Positions 46,289-56,378 of a stretch of 64,000 nucleotides of DNA are shown piece by piece. Where the stretch lies: the IMG/VR virus record IMGVR_UViG_3300042868_012858, positions 9,570-73,569 of that record; one strand, written 5' to 3'. Every line of letters begins with the position of its first letter. Position 1 is the stretch's first letter. Made by a program: the position numbers and the translations under genes. The notes beneath the pieces were generated by a model. The model was not told the origin of the DNA. It did not search any database and was given only the letters and a program-made list of their open reading frames with translations. Origin of the DNA: a virus.

Positions 46289-49200
46289 ATGATACAACAA
46301 GAAGAATTACATATCAAACAATTCACTACGGGTGTTACTTTTTATATCTTTAGTGATGCTATTTATAATGATTTACCAGAAAGTCCTGATGAATATGAAG
46401 GACCTTTTCTTAGTTATGTCCTTTTTGATAATCAAAATGAAATTTATTCATTAAATTATTATTCAGGAAGCACCATATGGACTAGAAATGATAAAAACAA
46501 TTATATCCCAATTGGTGAGACAGGTTGGAATTATAAAACTGGATATACTATTGTTACAACAATTGCATCGAATCTTTCTCAAGAAAATATTGACAATATG
46601 ACTAGTTTAATGCTAAGTAGGCTGTCCGACCCAACAAGACCAGGGACGCCTCCTTCTGCATCAGCTGCAACTAACTATGTATTTTACAGAAAAAAATTAA
46701 TAGACGATTTTTATGTTGACCTAAAGATTGAGAGAAGCTACAACTCTTTAGATACATTAAAAATAAACAATAATTTACTAAATAATTTCCCTGAACAAAA
46801 TTCTCCTACAGGAGTTGTTTTTGGAAGATTAATGGCAATACAAAAGATTAAAGATGAAAATGGTCAAAATATAAGAATACCACTACAAAATGTGCCATTA
46901 GGAGTTTTTAATCCTTCAGATGATTATCCTGAAACATTTTCTACAGATGATAACGGGGACAGATTAACATTAAACATAAAAGAGTCTGCAACTCCTAGTG
47001 ATTACTTTGATAATTTAAGTTATTACACTGACTACGACAACTATCTTAGATCGGCAGAGTCTTTTTCTGCTGTCCCAGCTCAATATAAATATATTACCAA
47101 GACAAATGAAAATGGTGAATTTATATTGTATGATATACCAGTTGGTCAACAAACAGTGATTTTTGAAGTTGATCTTTTTAAACAAGGATTAACCAAAGAC
47201 GAAATTGCGTTAAATTTTTTCCCTTTTCCGCCAACTGACCAACCAAATATAGATACTTTGCCTAGTTTTGTTTACAAGCAAGTACCTATTGATGTTGTGC
47301 CTGCTTGGGGGCTTGGTCAAACTGGTTACACATCTTTAGATATAAACATAAATCTAGATTTAAGAAAGTGGGTAACATATATATTGCCACCAGCAACATA
47401 TTCTAATCAAAGATTGGATGTAACAACATCTCAAAGTCCAACAAAATCTTTGAAAGTTGATATTAGAGATATGACTGCCCCTGATTTTGTAAAAAGACCT
47501 ATAGAAATAGTACAAATTCCAAACGATTTAGATAGAGATTTAGGAGCTCAATACATTTGGTTTAATGAGTTTTCTCAAAAAAAGACTTCTATACAATTTA
47601 CTAATTTTGGATGTCACGTTTTTAAATTACCAGCAAATATTTATGACCCATCTGGTTATAGAACTGATAAAGATGGAAACCCCACAACAAAAAAAGGTGT
47701 TTGGTTAGCTTCGTATCAACTTAATGTTTATATAGATAAGATATTTTCCCAAAGAAGCACGGGCGCTGTAGCTTACCCTACATCAAGCGGAAATTTTACA
47801 AGAAGTCATTATCATTTAAATTATGTGAGTGGAAATCAACTACCTGAAAGTTCAGATAGTGCTCCTCCTCAAATAGGCACTTTCCCTTATGAAAAACCTT
47901 GGTCTGCCACATATCCGAATAAATATTCTATTCCAAAAAAACCAACACAAAAACGTGTTGAGTGGGGACCAGATAGATTATTATATCCAACAAGCACGGC
48001 ATCAAATCCGATATATTATGCGGATGAACCAGCTTATTCTGATGGAGATTTAGTCGGAAACCCAGTATACGGATCAATAGGAAATGTTGGAGGCTTCGGC
48101 GTACAATATTTTGGAAGCACTTGGTTTTATAATAGAATATCAAATGTAGCCACTAAGACCTATATGTATAAATATGAAAAAGATGTTTCTTGGTCTGAAA
48201 CCTATGCAAACGGGTATGAGCCATATTGGACATCTGCAAACCAACCTTATACAAATCAAGAATTTCCTTTTGCTCAAATTTCTCAAGTTGTTGATGGTGA
48301 AAAATATCAAAGACTAGAATGTGGATATGGTTATTTTTTAAGACCTCAAGGGTGGATTACGATAGCTAGAGCGCCATGGGCTGGGGATGTTCCTATTGAT
48401 TCTGATTTGCTAGCTGGATTTGGTTCTTCTGAAAATCCAGGGCCTGTAAGTATTTCTAGCGGAGTGCAAGGCGGTTGGTATTATAAAAAACCACACCCTC
48501 TCACTATTTATAATATAGAAAATCAAAATTTTGCATTACATTTAGGAGGGGGTAGTTTAATAAAAGAGGGTACTTTGGATTTTTATAGAGTTGTTGAATC
48601 TGGCCCTGACAAAGATGGTAATTTTCAAAACATTGCAGCAAATGAGACTTTTTTTATACCTACATATGTGCGTTTAAATATAGAAGGCGCCTTTTTGTGT
48701 TTTAACATAGAAATTAAAAATATAGGCGAAATACCAGCTTCAATAAAAAACCCATATAGAGGAGCAGTTCAGGTGGATAATAACGGAAATATTGAATATT
48801 TCCCATCTGGAGCAGATTTTACTTTAGAAATAGGCGGTAAATTTAGAATGGCAGATTCACCAGCTTCTGTTTTTATGCCAGATTTAGGAACTAATACTTT
48901 TGAGACGTATTTTTATGATGGAAGGTCTAATTTTAGACAAGTTAGTGGCGACGGAGATTCAATGTGGGTAAGAGACACGGTAAGCTTTACATCGTTATTA
49001 CTTCCTGGAAATGCTAATGTATCAGATGATAATCAAAATATTTTTACAACAGCCAAATACGAAGTAAGCGTACTTTATTATAGAAGATATAATAGCTCAA
49101 TTGACATTGAGGTTTCTAACCCATCAAGCTCTATAGATGGCGCCACTCAAACAATTCCTATTGTTGGAAACAATTATATAGGTATTAATCCTTATGATGC

Positions 49201-49570
49201 ATTAACTTCTAGTAATAGAACTTTTTCTCAAGATTATGCCACCTATGAAATACATAGTATAGAAAATGATAATCAATTAATAAACGCCAGCACTGTCACT
49301 CCAGGTGGATATATAAAAAAGACTAAAACTTTATTAGGAACTGCAACCAGTAGTGGCGGTAATCTTTATTATATACGCACCGAAACAAATGGAGGTTCGC
49401 ATGGTATAATACATGAAGGGATTGGAAAGTATTTCTTTTATGGAGATGATGATTATTGGGACGATGAAGACTATACATTATACAATATGACAATAGAAGG
49501 TCCAACCAATAATTTATGGGGTAATTTTAACGATGGAAATGAAGATTATGGATATGGCAGATTTGCTTAA
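46289..49570 (+). CDS. Large baseplate/tail structural protein with a prealbumin-like domain
   Basis: GVVFGRL, TKTNENGEFILYDIPVGQQT; follows gp6; TATTTAT at 46267-46273. Confidence 0.65.
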   Translation: MIQQEELHIKQFTTGVTFYIFSDAIYNDLPESPDEYEGPFLSYVLFDNQNEIYSLNYYSGSTIWTRNDKNNYIPIGETGWNYKTGYTIVTTIASNLSQENIDNMTSLMLSRLSDPTRPGTPPSASAATNYVFYRKKLIDDFYVDLKIERSYNSLDTLKINNNLLNNFPEQNSPTGVVFGRLMAIQKIKDENGQNIRIPLQNVPLGVFNPSDDYPETFSTDDNGDRLTLNIKESATPSDYFDNLSYYTDYDNYLRSAESFSAVPAQYKYITKTNENGEFILYDIPVGQQTVIFEVDLFKQGLTKDEIALNFFPFPPTDQPNIDTLPSFVYKQVPIDVVPAWGLGQTGYTSLDININLDLRKWVTYILPPATYSNQRLDVTTSQSPTKSLKVDIRDMTAPDFVKRPIEIVQIPNDLDRDLGAQYIWFNEFSQKKTSIQFTNFGCHVFKLPANIYDPSGYRTDKDGNPTTKKGVWLASYQLNVYIDKIFSQRSTGAVAYPTSSGNFTRSHYHLNYVSGNQLPESSDSAPPQIGTFPYEKPWSATYPNKYSIPKKPTQKRVEWGPDRLLYPTSTASNPIYYADEPAYSDGDLVGNPVYGSIGNVGGFGVQYFGSTWFYNRISNVATKTYMYKYEKDVSWSETYANGYEPYWTSANQPYTNQEFPFAQISQVVDGEKYQRLECGYGYFLRPQGWITIARAPWAGDVPIDSDLLAGFGSSENPGPVSISSGVQGGWYYKKPHPLTIYNIENQNFALHLGGGSLIKEGTLDFYRVVESGPDKDGNFQNIAANETFFIPTYVRLNIEGAFLCFNIEIKNIGEIPASIKNPYRGAVQVDNNGNIEYFPSGADFTLEIGGKFRMADSPASVFMPDLGTNTFETYFYDGRSNFRQVSGDGDSMWVRDTVSFTSLLLPGNANVSDDNQNIFTTAKYEVSVLYYRRYNSSIDIEVSNPSSSIDGATQTIPIVGNNYIGINPYDALTSSNRTFSQDYATYEIHSIENDNQLINASTVTPGGYIKKTKTLLGTATSSGGNLYYIRTETNGGSHGIIHEGIGKYFFYGDDDYWDDEDYTLYNMTIEGPTNNLWGNFNDGNEDYGYGRFA

Positions 49571-49584
49571 TACGAATTATAAAA

Positions 49585-52287
49585 ATGGATGAAAGATTAA
49601 AGATATTATTAGGAAGTGAAGATATTATCGCAAGAGATAATGAAGATTTATATATTAATATAAACTTAAATAGATCTTTCTTTGAATATAAGCGAGAGAA
49701 GTACGATAATGATTTTGATTTGGCTCAGCAATTTGACAAAGAAAGAAATCTTTCTAGAAATTTTAGGATTTATGGAATTGTGGACTCCAATGTTGTAGAT
49801 ACTAATAATATGCTAATTAAGGCTTATTATGATTCTGGGACTACCAAATTAGCAGCTCAAACCTCCACATCTTCAATGAATTTTAATAATAGCATAAACG
49901 TCTTCAATAAAAAAAAAGGTAAATACTATTTTTCATTAAATAATTATTCTGGAAGTTCTGTATTTATACAAATACAATCAAACAACAATAATATTGCAAC
50001 TCAAACCTTTGAACAAAAATTAGTTTTTTATGATTTTGATGGGGATTTTATTCCATATGGCACAGAAACTATTGAGATAGATAACAATTTAAACACAATT
50101 GACATAAATAATAACTTTCCTTTTTTTTATAACAAGCATTGGGTTAAAAAAAACATATCCCTACAAGAAACAAAATATCCTATTGTAAATTTCTCTGGAT
50201 CTAGCGAGACTATTTTCGAAGGTCAATTAGCTAGTATTATTGTTTATTTAGATAAACCTAGCCCTTTTGGAAGTGAAAAAGTTGATTTTGTTTTTGATTC
50301 TGGTACTGCAGATACTTTTGAGTTTTTAGTATATTTAAATACACCATCAAACTCTTTTCCAGGCACCGTCCAATTAAGTTTTTCTCCAGGCGAACAATAT
50401 AAGAGAATTTTTTTCAGCGCATCTACTGATAATATTGTAGAGGTTCTAGAAAATTATAAATTTAGATTAGATAATTTTATTAACGTAAAACCTGGAAGCT
50501 CGCTAGTATATACAATGCAGATAGAAAATTCTGAGCCAAGAAAATATGCTATTTACGAAATTCCAAACTTATATGAAAATAGAACCCCGTATGTGGGTTT
50601 ATCTGCCATAACCACATCTCCAGGTATTTCATATTCAACACCATCAATATTAAGAAATGGTCTTTATTATGGTGGTTTACAAAATGAATTTTACCCTGTT
50701 GATGAAGTGGAAGTAGATATAGCTAACTTTTCTCAAAACACCGTGTTAGTACCGCCAAATCCAACATTTGGAAATATTGAAGATGAGTTATTAGTCCCTG
50801 GTGCAGTTAAAACATTTACAATTAGACCTAATTATACATTAGGCTCTTTAAATCAAGTAAGTATATATTTACCGCCTTCATTAAATGATGTTATTACCAC
50901 TTCTCCTGATCCTGAAACTAACATACAGCAATCTATTGCCTATGTGTTAGGAAATATTAGTATAAATGGTTTTGTAATGGAATATACAAATGGTGTTTAT
51001 CCTGTAGTAAGCACTATACCTACCGACGAAAGTGCTTCATATGAGGCGCTAAAGAGGATGTTAGGTAATGGGACTTTTGATATTTATAACATTAAAGATA
51101 TATATAAGCCATTTACCATTACAACTGATGATGCAAACTATAAAATAAACATAAAGGCAAAAAGAACTTGTACTAGATTAGATGTTAAAACAAATTTAAG
51201 AAATAATTTGGGTGTAGATTCGATTGCCACCGCTACAACAACTACTCAATATTCTTATCCAAAACAAAATCCTGTCAGATTTACTTTATTAGGAAATGAA
51301 AATAATGGAGAAATAGCAAGTTATAGATTTAGATTTAGAAAAAAAGGTTACAGAGATTTAAATATATTAAATGCAGCATCTGCTAGTGCAGAAGGTCAAA
51401 TAAATTATTTAGTCACGTCAGTAAAAAACGTGCTTCATAATTGGGACACTCCAAATAATACACCTATTGCTTTTAGTGGAAGCCCGATAAAAGGAAATTT
51501 TTTGCCAAACACATATTTTTTACCTAAAAGTGAAGCTTTTTATCCTGGCTTATTATTGTTGAATAATTCAGATACGTCAAATCCAACAGCATCTAATCTA
51601 ACAACATACGGATCAAATGCTTTCACCACTTCAACATCCCCTCTTTTAGTGGACTCTGGAAGATGGTTTCAATTCCCACTGAATGTTATTCAAAAAACAT
51701 CTATTAACATTTCAAACGAGGATATATCACAAGTTACGCTATTAAAAATTAATACTCCTGCAGCAACTACCACTGCATCAAATTTAGACTTCTATTCTTT
51801 TAATTATAGAAATGGAACCACTGGCGCTTATACTACTTTTTATTGGAACGGAGCTAATAATGCAAACTTGTTAACAAATTCAGGTAACGGATTAAAGGTT
51901 AGTGGATCTACCACACCTAGGGATTCTCCTGGGTTAAAATATGAACTAGATCAAGGTGTAATATATTTAGGGCAGACAATACCAGTTGGACCTATTAATG
52001 TAGACTTTCCAGGATATAACACATATGAATTAGCAGGCACTAATTTTTATTCTCCTTATTATCCAACAACATCGACTAATAACAACATAAATTATCAAGG
52101 AAATGGAACTACTGAAATTTTGTTAACGGCAAAATCTCCAGGTACTCCTTTTGAAATAGCTGATATTGTAAATAACAATCCAAGTGCAGAAATTGTTGCA
52201 ATGACTGTTGTGTATAATCAAAAAGACGGAGTTACTTCTAATCCGTATAATAACAGAATGGGAGGTTTTTCATTAACTGCTCCATAA
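49585..52287 (+). CDS. Structural protein with a Calx-beta-like domain
   Basis: FDKERNLSRNFRIYG; VNF....IFEG...LSFSPGEQYK...DNIVE..E.Y.FRL. Confidence 0.65.
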   Translation: MDERLKILLGSEDIIARDNEDLYININLNRSFFEYKREKYDNDFDLAQQFDKERNLSRNFRIYGIVDSNVVDTNNMLIKAYYDSGTTKLAAQTSTSSMNFNNSINVFNKKKGKYYFSLNNYSGSSVFIQIQSNNNNIATQTFEQKLVFYDFDGDFIPYGTETIEIDNNLNTIDINNNFPFFYNKHWVKKNISLQETKYPIVNFSGSSETIFEGQLASIIVYLDKPSPFGSEKVDFVFDSGTADTFEFLVYLNTPSNSFPGTVQLSFSPGEQYKRIFFSASTDNIVEVLENYKFRLDNFINVKPGSSLVYTMQIENSEPRKYAIYEIPNLYENRTPYVGLSAITTSPGISYSTPSILRNGLYYGGLQNEFYPVDEVEVDIANFSQNTVLVPPNPTFGNIEDELLVPGAVKTFTIRPNYTLGSLNQVSIYLPPSLNDVITTSPDPETNIQQSIAYVLGNISINGFVMEYTNGVYPVVSTIPTDESASYEALKRMLGNGTFDIYNIKDIYKPFTITTDDANYKINIKAKRTCTRLDVKTNLRNNLGVDSIATATTTTQYSYPKQNPVRFTLLGNENNGEIASYRFRFRKKGYRDLNILNAASASAEGQINYLVTSVKNVLHNWDTPNNTPIAFSGSPIKGNFLPNTYFLPKSEAFYPGLLLLNNSDTSNPTASNLTTYGSNAFTTSTSPLLVDSGRWFQFPLNVIQKTSINISNEDISQVTLLKINTPAATTTASNLDFYSFNYRNGTTGAYTTFYWNGANNANLLTNSGNGLKVSGSTTPRDSPGLKYELDQGVIYLGQTIPVGPINVDFPGYNTYELAGTNFYSPYYPTTSTNNNINYQGNGTTEILLTAKSPGTPFEIADIVNNNPSAEIVAMTVVYNQKDGVTSNPYNNRMGGFSLTAP

Positions 52288-52313
52288 ATTTAATATAGAA
52301 TATTTATTATTAA

Positions 52314-52832
52314 ATGATATTTGATACTGACATAAATAAATATGAGTTGTATGCACAAACAACCCCTCTTAGTTCTAATACGCTAGGATATGGATTCGTA
52401 CATACCGATAGGAATGTATATCCAAATGTGGAATTTGATGTATTTTTACCTGTTTTCTTGCAAAAAACATATGATTATTATGAATATGTAGATGTAAAAA
52501 GAGACGATACAATTGTCGCATTAAATAGACAGGAAGTCAACCCATATTTTATAGAATTATCTTTTTTTGACCAAGTTCAAAGAGTCGGACTTCAAAGCGG
52601 ATATCAACTCACAAATTCAATGGTTGCGTTTATTAGAACTAGAAGAAGTGATTTATCGAATATGACGGACCAACAAGTTAGAGAATGGTTTGATAAATAC
52701 GGGTTTTATGAATTACCTTGGAATAAAGGTCAAGCTAATGAAACTACCTTAGCAGAAATAGAAACACAAGGAATTTTACTAAACACAATAACAGGAAGAG
52801 CTCAAATATTTAACATAACAATAAATACATAA
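52314..52832 (+). CDS. Hypothetical structural protein
   Basis: TATTTAT at 52301-52307; tail operon. Confidence 0.55.
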   Translation: MIFDTDINKYELYAQTTPLSSNTLGYGFVHTDRNVYPNVEFDVFLPVFLQKTYDYYEYVDVKRDDTIVALNRQEVNPYFIELSFFDQVQRVGLQSGYQLTNSMVAFIRTRRSDLSNMTDQQVREWFDKYGFYELPWNKGQANETTLAEIETQGILLNTITGRAQIFNITINT

Positions 52833-52833
52833 A

Positions 52834-53472
52834 ATGCAACGTCACATTATTTTGATTAATAAAAAATTTAGTGCGGATACGCAACCTACCACTATCACGT
52901 TGACAGGTGGCGGTCAGAGCTTTTTAGTTAATCAAGATAGTTATTATTTAAATAATGTGGGCGGATTAAATTTAGGCATTGTAAACCCAACAAACATTAG
53001 AGCTTATTTAAATGATTCTGCAAACGAATCTATTATAAACGACTTCTTTTCTTATTTAACAGGAAACACAAATCAGGATCAGTTTAGGGAAATTTTTTAT
53101 AGTGACCAAAAATTGTCCAATGTATTTAATAGTTATTATTCACAGTCGGTTTTCTCTGGTCAACCCTCATCGACATATTATATTTCTCAAGAATTAACAG
53201 GTACGACTACTATATCAACAACTTATACGAATTTTAATTGGAATGGATATGCTCCACCAAAAAATCCGTTCACTGGAGTAACGCAAGAAATTTATGGTGC
53301 ATCTAGATTTTACGAACAATCAACTGCAACATATTCATATACACAAGATGAAAGTTATTATATACCTGTTTTTATAAAAAGGCACTATCAAGGCACCGCT
53401 AGAGACACTTTTGATGTTTGCGACAGAACTATTAATACAATATTAAACCCTAATTATTCAATTGAACTTTAA
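52834..53472 (+). CDS. Hypothetical structural protein (S/T-rich)
   Basis: 212 aa, tail operon. Confidence 0.55.
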   Translation: MQRHIILINKKFSADTQPTTITLTGGGQSFLVNQDSYYLNNVGGLNLGIVNPTNIRAYLNDSANESIINDFFSYLTGNTNQDQFREIFYSDQKLSNVFNSYYSQSVFSGQPSSTYYISQELTGTTTISTTYTNFNWNGYAPPKNPFTGVTQEIYGASRFYEQSTATYSYTQDESYYIPVFIKRHYQGTARDTFDVCDRTINTILNPNYSIEL

Positions 53473-53474
53473 AT

Positions 53475-55208
53475 ATGCCAACATTTAATTTCACAGTATC
53501 ATCGCAATCAATCAAGGATGTTGTAGAGAGAGATAGACCACCTGCAACCATTCACACAATAGAACAATGTTTTGTGGATTTAAACCTTGAATTAAATGAG
53601 AATTTTAATACTAATATTCCTACAAAAACAGCAAATTTTAAATATTCTACAATTAGCGTAAGTGAAGGTTATGTTGGTAAGATTTATGTAGAATTAAATT
53701 CTCCAAGCACTTTAGGCATAGAGGAATTAGATGTATATTTTACAGGAACAAACTCAACAGGAGCAACTATTAATGATGATATTTTATTTGGATTTGACAC
53801 CAATCAACCATTAAGAATTGCTTGGGATGTTGGAGAAAAGGAAAAAGAAATATCTTTTACTGCTAAAACAGATTATGTATTGGATGGAATTGAGCAATTT
53901 AATTTTAAATTAGATCATTTTATTAATTGCGTACCTGGGACTCCATCACAGACTACTGTGTCAGTAACAAATACTACAACATTGCCTTCTGTGGCAATAG
54001 AGTCGACAAACGGATCTTACGTTAAAAACGCAGAGGGAATTTATAAATTAAACTTCGGTATAAACGAAGGCGACAATAAAGATATTAAAATAGCTCTTTC
54101 CTACCCATCAATTTCAGGTCAAGAGGCTATTAGTGTTGTATTTGTGAATCAAAATACCAGTAATGCAGATTATCAAACGTCAATTCAACAACCTATAAAT
54201 TTAACTTGGGGAGTCGGAGAGCAAGTAAAAATAATAAATGTATCTGCTGTATTAGATTCTCAATTATTCGAAAGCTCAATAGAAACAGTATTAATAAGGC
54301 TTCAAAACCCAAGTAATGTAATTATACAACCAGAACCAATCACAATACCTTCTACTGGTATTGGTAGATTTCCTTTTTCCACTGTGCAAATATATAATGA
54401 AGCTCCTATATTCGAATACGCAAGGCTTTATTTAACTCCGTTTGCCACTCAGCCTGGAAGAAGTAATGGTAAGGTATTATTAAAACAACCTTATGCGAGC
54501 TATAATAATGGATATAATCAAGGTGAGAACAATAAGTTTTTAAAATACCAATCTTCTGCTCCTAATACTTTTGAGCCTCAATTTAGTGTTATGGAAACAT
54601 TGAACAACTTCAATGACGATAAATTAAGTGTAGAAATTAAAAATATAGGAACAAAGCAAGTATTAATTAATGGAACGATTATTAATGTAAATGAAACAAT
54701 AACAATAGATAGCTTACCGAATACATATTATATAGATTTACCAGCTAACTTAATAGAAACTACCAATATAGATAATGAAACTATAATAGTTACAGCAAAG
54801 TATGAAATAACTGTTAATATGAAATATGTTGGCAATACATCAAGTGCATACACAAATGGTCAATTTAAATTAAAGAATCTAAATAATACAGATGCCTCAA
54901 CTTCAAAAAAATTCCAACTAGGGGTTGTAGAATTAAATACTTACTCTCAAAGTACATATCTAAACCCTCAAAAAACATATCAAATATCTACTAAGTTTTC
55001 AGGAATAGGAACTGGAAGAGTGGGGGTAAATTGTCCAGTTTCATCTTTTCTAGATTCCACTTCAGAAAATGCACAAGTAAATGGCTTATATTTTATTGAC
55101 TATTATTCAACAACGCAATATATTGGCGTGGAGTTTTTACAAAATGGAGGTATAGTCCCTACTTGTAATTCTAGTCAATATGTAATTCCTTATAAGATTA
55201 TACCTTAA
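53475..55208 (+). CDS. Structural protein with two Calx-beta-like domains
   Basis: VSEG...WDVGEKEKEI...D...DGIE and INEG...WGVGEQVKII. Confidence 0.65.
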   Translation: MPTFNFTVSSQSIKDVVERDRPPATIHTIEQCFVDLNLELNENFNTNIPTKTANFKYSTISVSEGYVGKIYVELNSPSTLGIEELDVYFTGTNSTGATINDDILFGFDTNQPLRIAWDVGEKEKEISFTAKTDYVLDGIEQFNFKLDHFINCVPGTPSQTTVSVTNTTTLPSVAIESTNGSYVKNAEGIYKLNFGINEGDNKDIKIALSYPSISGQEAISVVFVNQNTSNADYQTSIQQPINLTWGVGEQVKIINVSAVLDSQLFESSIETVLIRLQNPSNVIIQPEPITIPSTGIGRFPFSTVQIYNEAPIFEYARLYLTPFATQPGRSNGKVLLKQPYASYNNGYNQGENNKFLKYQSSAPNTFEPQFSVMETLNNFNDDKLSVEIKNIGTKQVLINGTIINVNETITIDSLPNTYYIDLPANLIETTNIDNETIIVTAKYEITVNMKYVGNTSSAYTNGQFKLKNLNNTDASTSKKFQLGVVELNTYSQSTYLNPQKTYQISTKFSGIGTGRVGVNCPVSSFLDSTSENAQVNGLYFIDYYSTTQYIGVEFLQNGGIVPTCNSSQYVIPYKIIP

Positions 55209-55251
55209 TGCTTTATTTTTTTTTAAAACATATTTATAATTAAATAAAAAA

Positions 55252-56127
55252 ATGGCTGTAGGATTTTACGGAAATGTCAAGTTAGCGGATGTCGATTTTA
55301 ACGACGTAGATATTTTTTATTCTTTTTCTCCAAATAGAGAAACTCTTGGCGATGCTCAAATGATTCCATTGTTTGATAGCATTACAAATAATGAATTTAG
55401 AAAAATGTTAGGAGTAGATGGGTCATACAAACTCAGACTACCTGCAGCTATATTTAATCAGTTAGGAAACTATCTTGTTCTTATAAGACCAAAGAGTTTT
55501 GAAACTAATATTGTAGATTGTTCATATGTTGTAACAAGTGATACGAATGAGATTCAAATTTCTAAAAAAGGTATAGTAATACCTAAGTTGCAATTTCAAA
55601 GCACAGGGAGTTTGATAGGATATCAAATTGAATACTTTGACGATAACGGTGTAAAGATAAAAAACTTGCATAGAATTGTTACTAGTAGTGACTTGGTAAG
55701 TGTCAGCTCAAATTCTACCAATGTTAACCCTAGTTCTGTTTCTTATGTATTAGATCCAACTGGAAATAATTTATTTTTAACATTGACTCCCGATGAAGTT
55801 TCTTTGATTACAAAAGAACAAAAGCCTGATTTAGGAAAAGCAGGTCAAAGAATTATTATATCAAATACTTTTTTTGACCCCGTTATGATTGAGGTTGAAA
55901 TGGTTGACCAAAACATTAAGACTCTAAGTTATGGTGTATTTGGAAATGCCGTAAGAGATACAGGAACTGGTGTTTTCTCTATATTCGATGAAAACAATAA
56001 TCTTTACAAACAATATAACTTGCTTACTAGAAAGAATCAGTTTTCTAATGCTATTCTTGATGTTAAAGAAGAGAGAACAAATATTAATCTAAACCAAAAC
56101 TTTGGAAATATTTCTCAAGGTTTATAA
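55252..56127 (+). CDS. Putative baseplate/tail protein
   Basis: TATTTAT at 55231-55237; 291 aa. Confidence 0.6.
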   Translation: MAVGFYGNVKLADVDFNDVDIFYSFSPNRETLGDAQMIPLFDSITNNEFRKMLGVDGSYKLRLPAAIFNQLGNYLVLIRPKSFETNIVDCSYVVTSDTNEIQISKKGIVIPKLQFQSTGSLIGYQIEYFDDNGVKIKNLHRIVTSSDLVSVSSNSTNVNPSSVSYVLDPTGNNLFLTLTPDEVSLITKEQKPDLGKAGQRIIISNTFFDPVMIEVEMVDQNIKTLSYGVFGNAVRDTGTGVFSIFDENNNLYKQYNLLTRKNQFSNAILDVKEERTNINLNQNFGNISQGL

Positions 56128-56132
56128 TTAGA

Positions 56133-56378
56133 TTAATCTATATCTTTTAGTTGTATATACGTTCTTATTCCGTTTACAAACAGAATTCCTTCTTCATCAT
56201 CTATGCAGTATAGATAATTCAATTTTTTTTTATCTATCTCATCAAAACATTCTTGCAAAGACCCTGCTTCGAAAATAGTATAAACAGTAGCTGTTATATC
56301 ATTAGTTTCCATTAGGTCTATTACGTATTCTTCGTTATGTATTAATCTCCAAATCATAATTAATAAGTTATTGTCCAA
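56133..56378 (-). CDS. Small hypothetical protein (possible fibre chaperone)
   Basis: Directly downstream of and overlapping the LRR-like gene. Confidence 0.5.
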   Translation of the reverse strand: MDNNLLIMIWRLIHNEEYVIDLMETNDITATVYTIFEAGSLQECFDEIDKKKLNYLYCIDDEEGILFVNGIRTYIQLKDID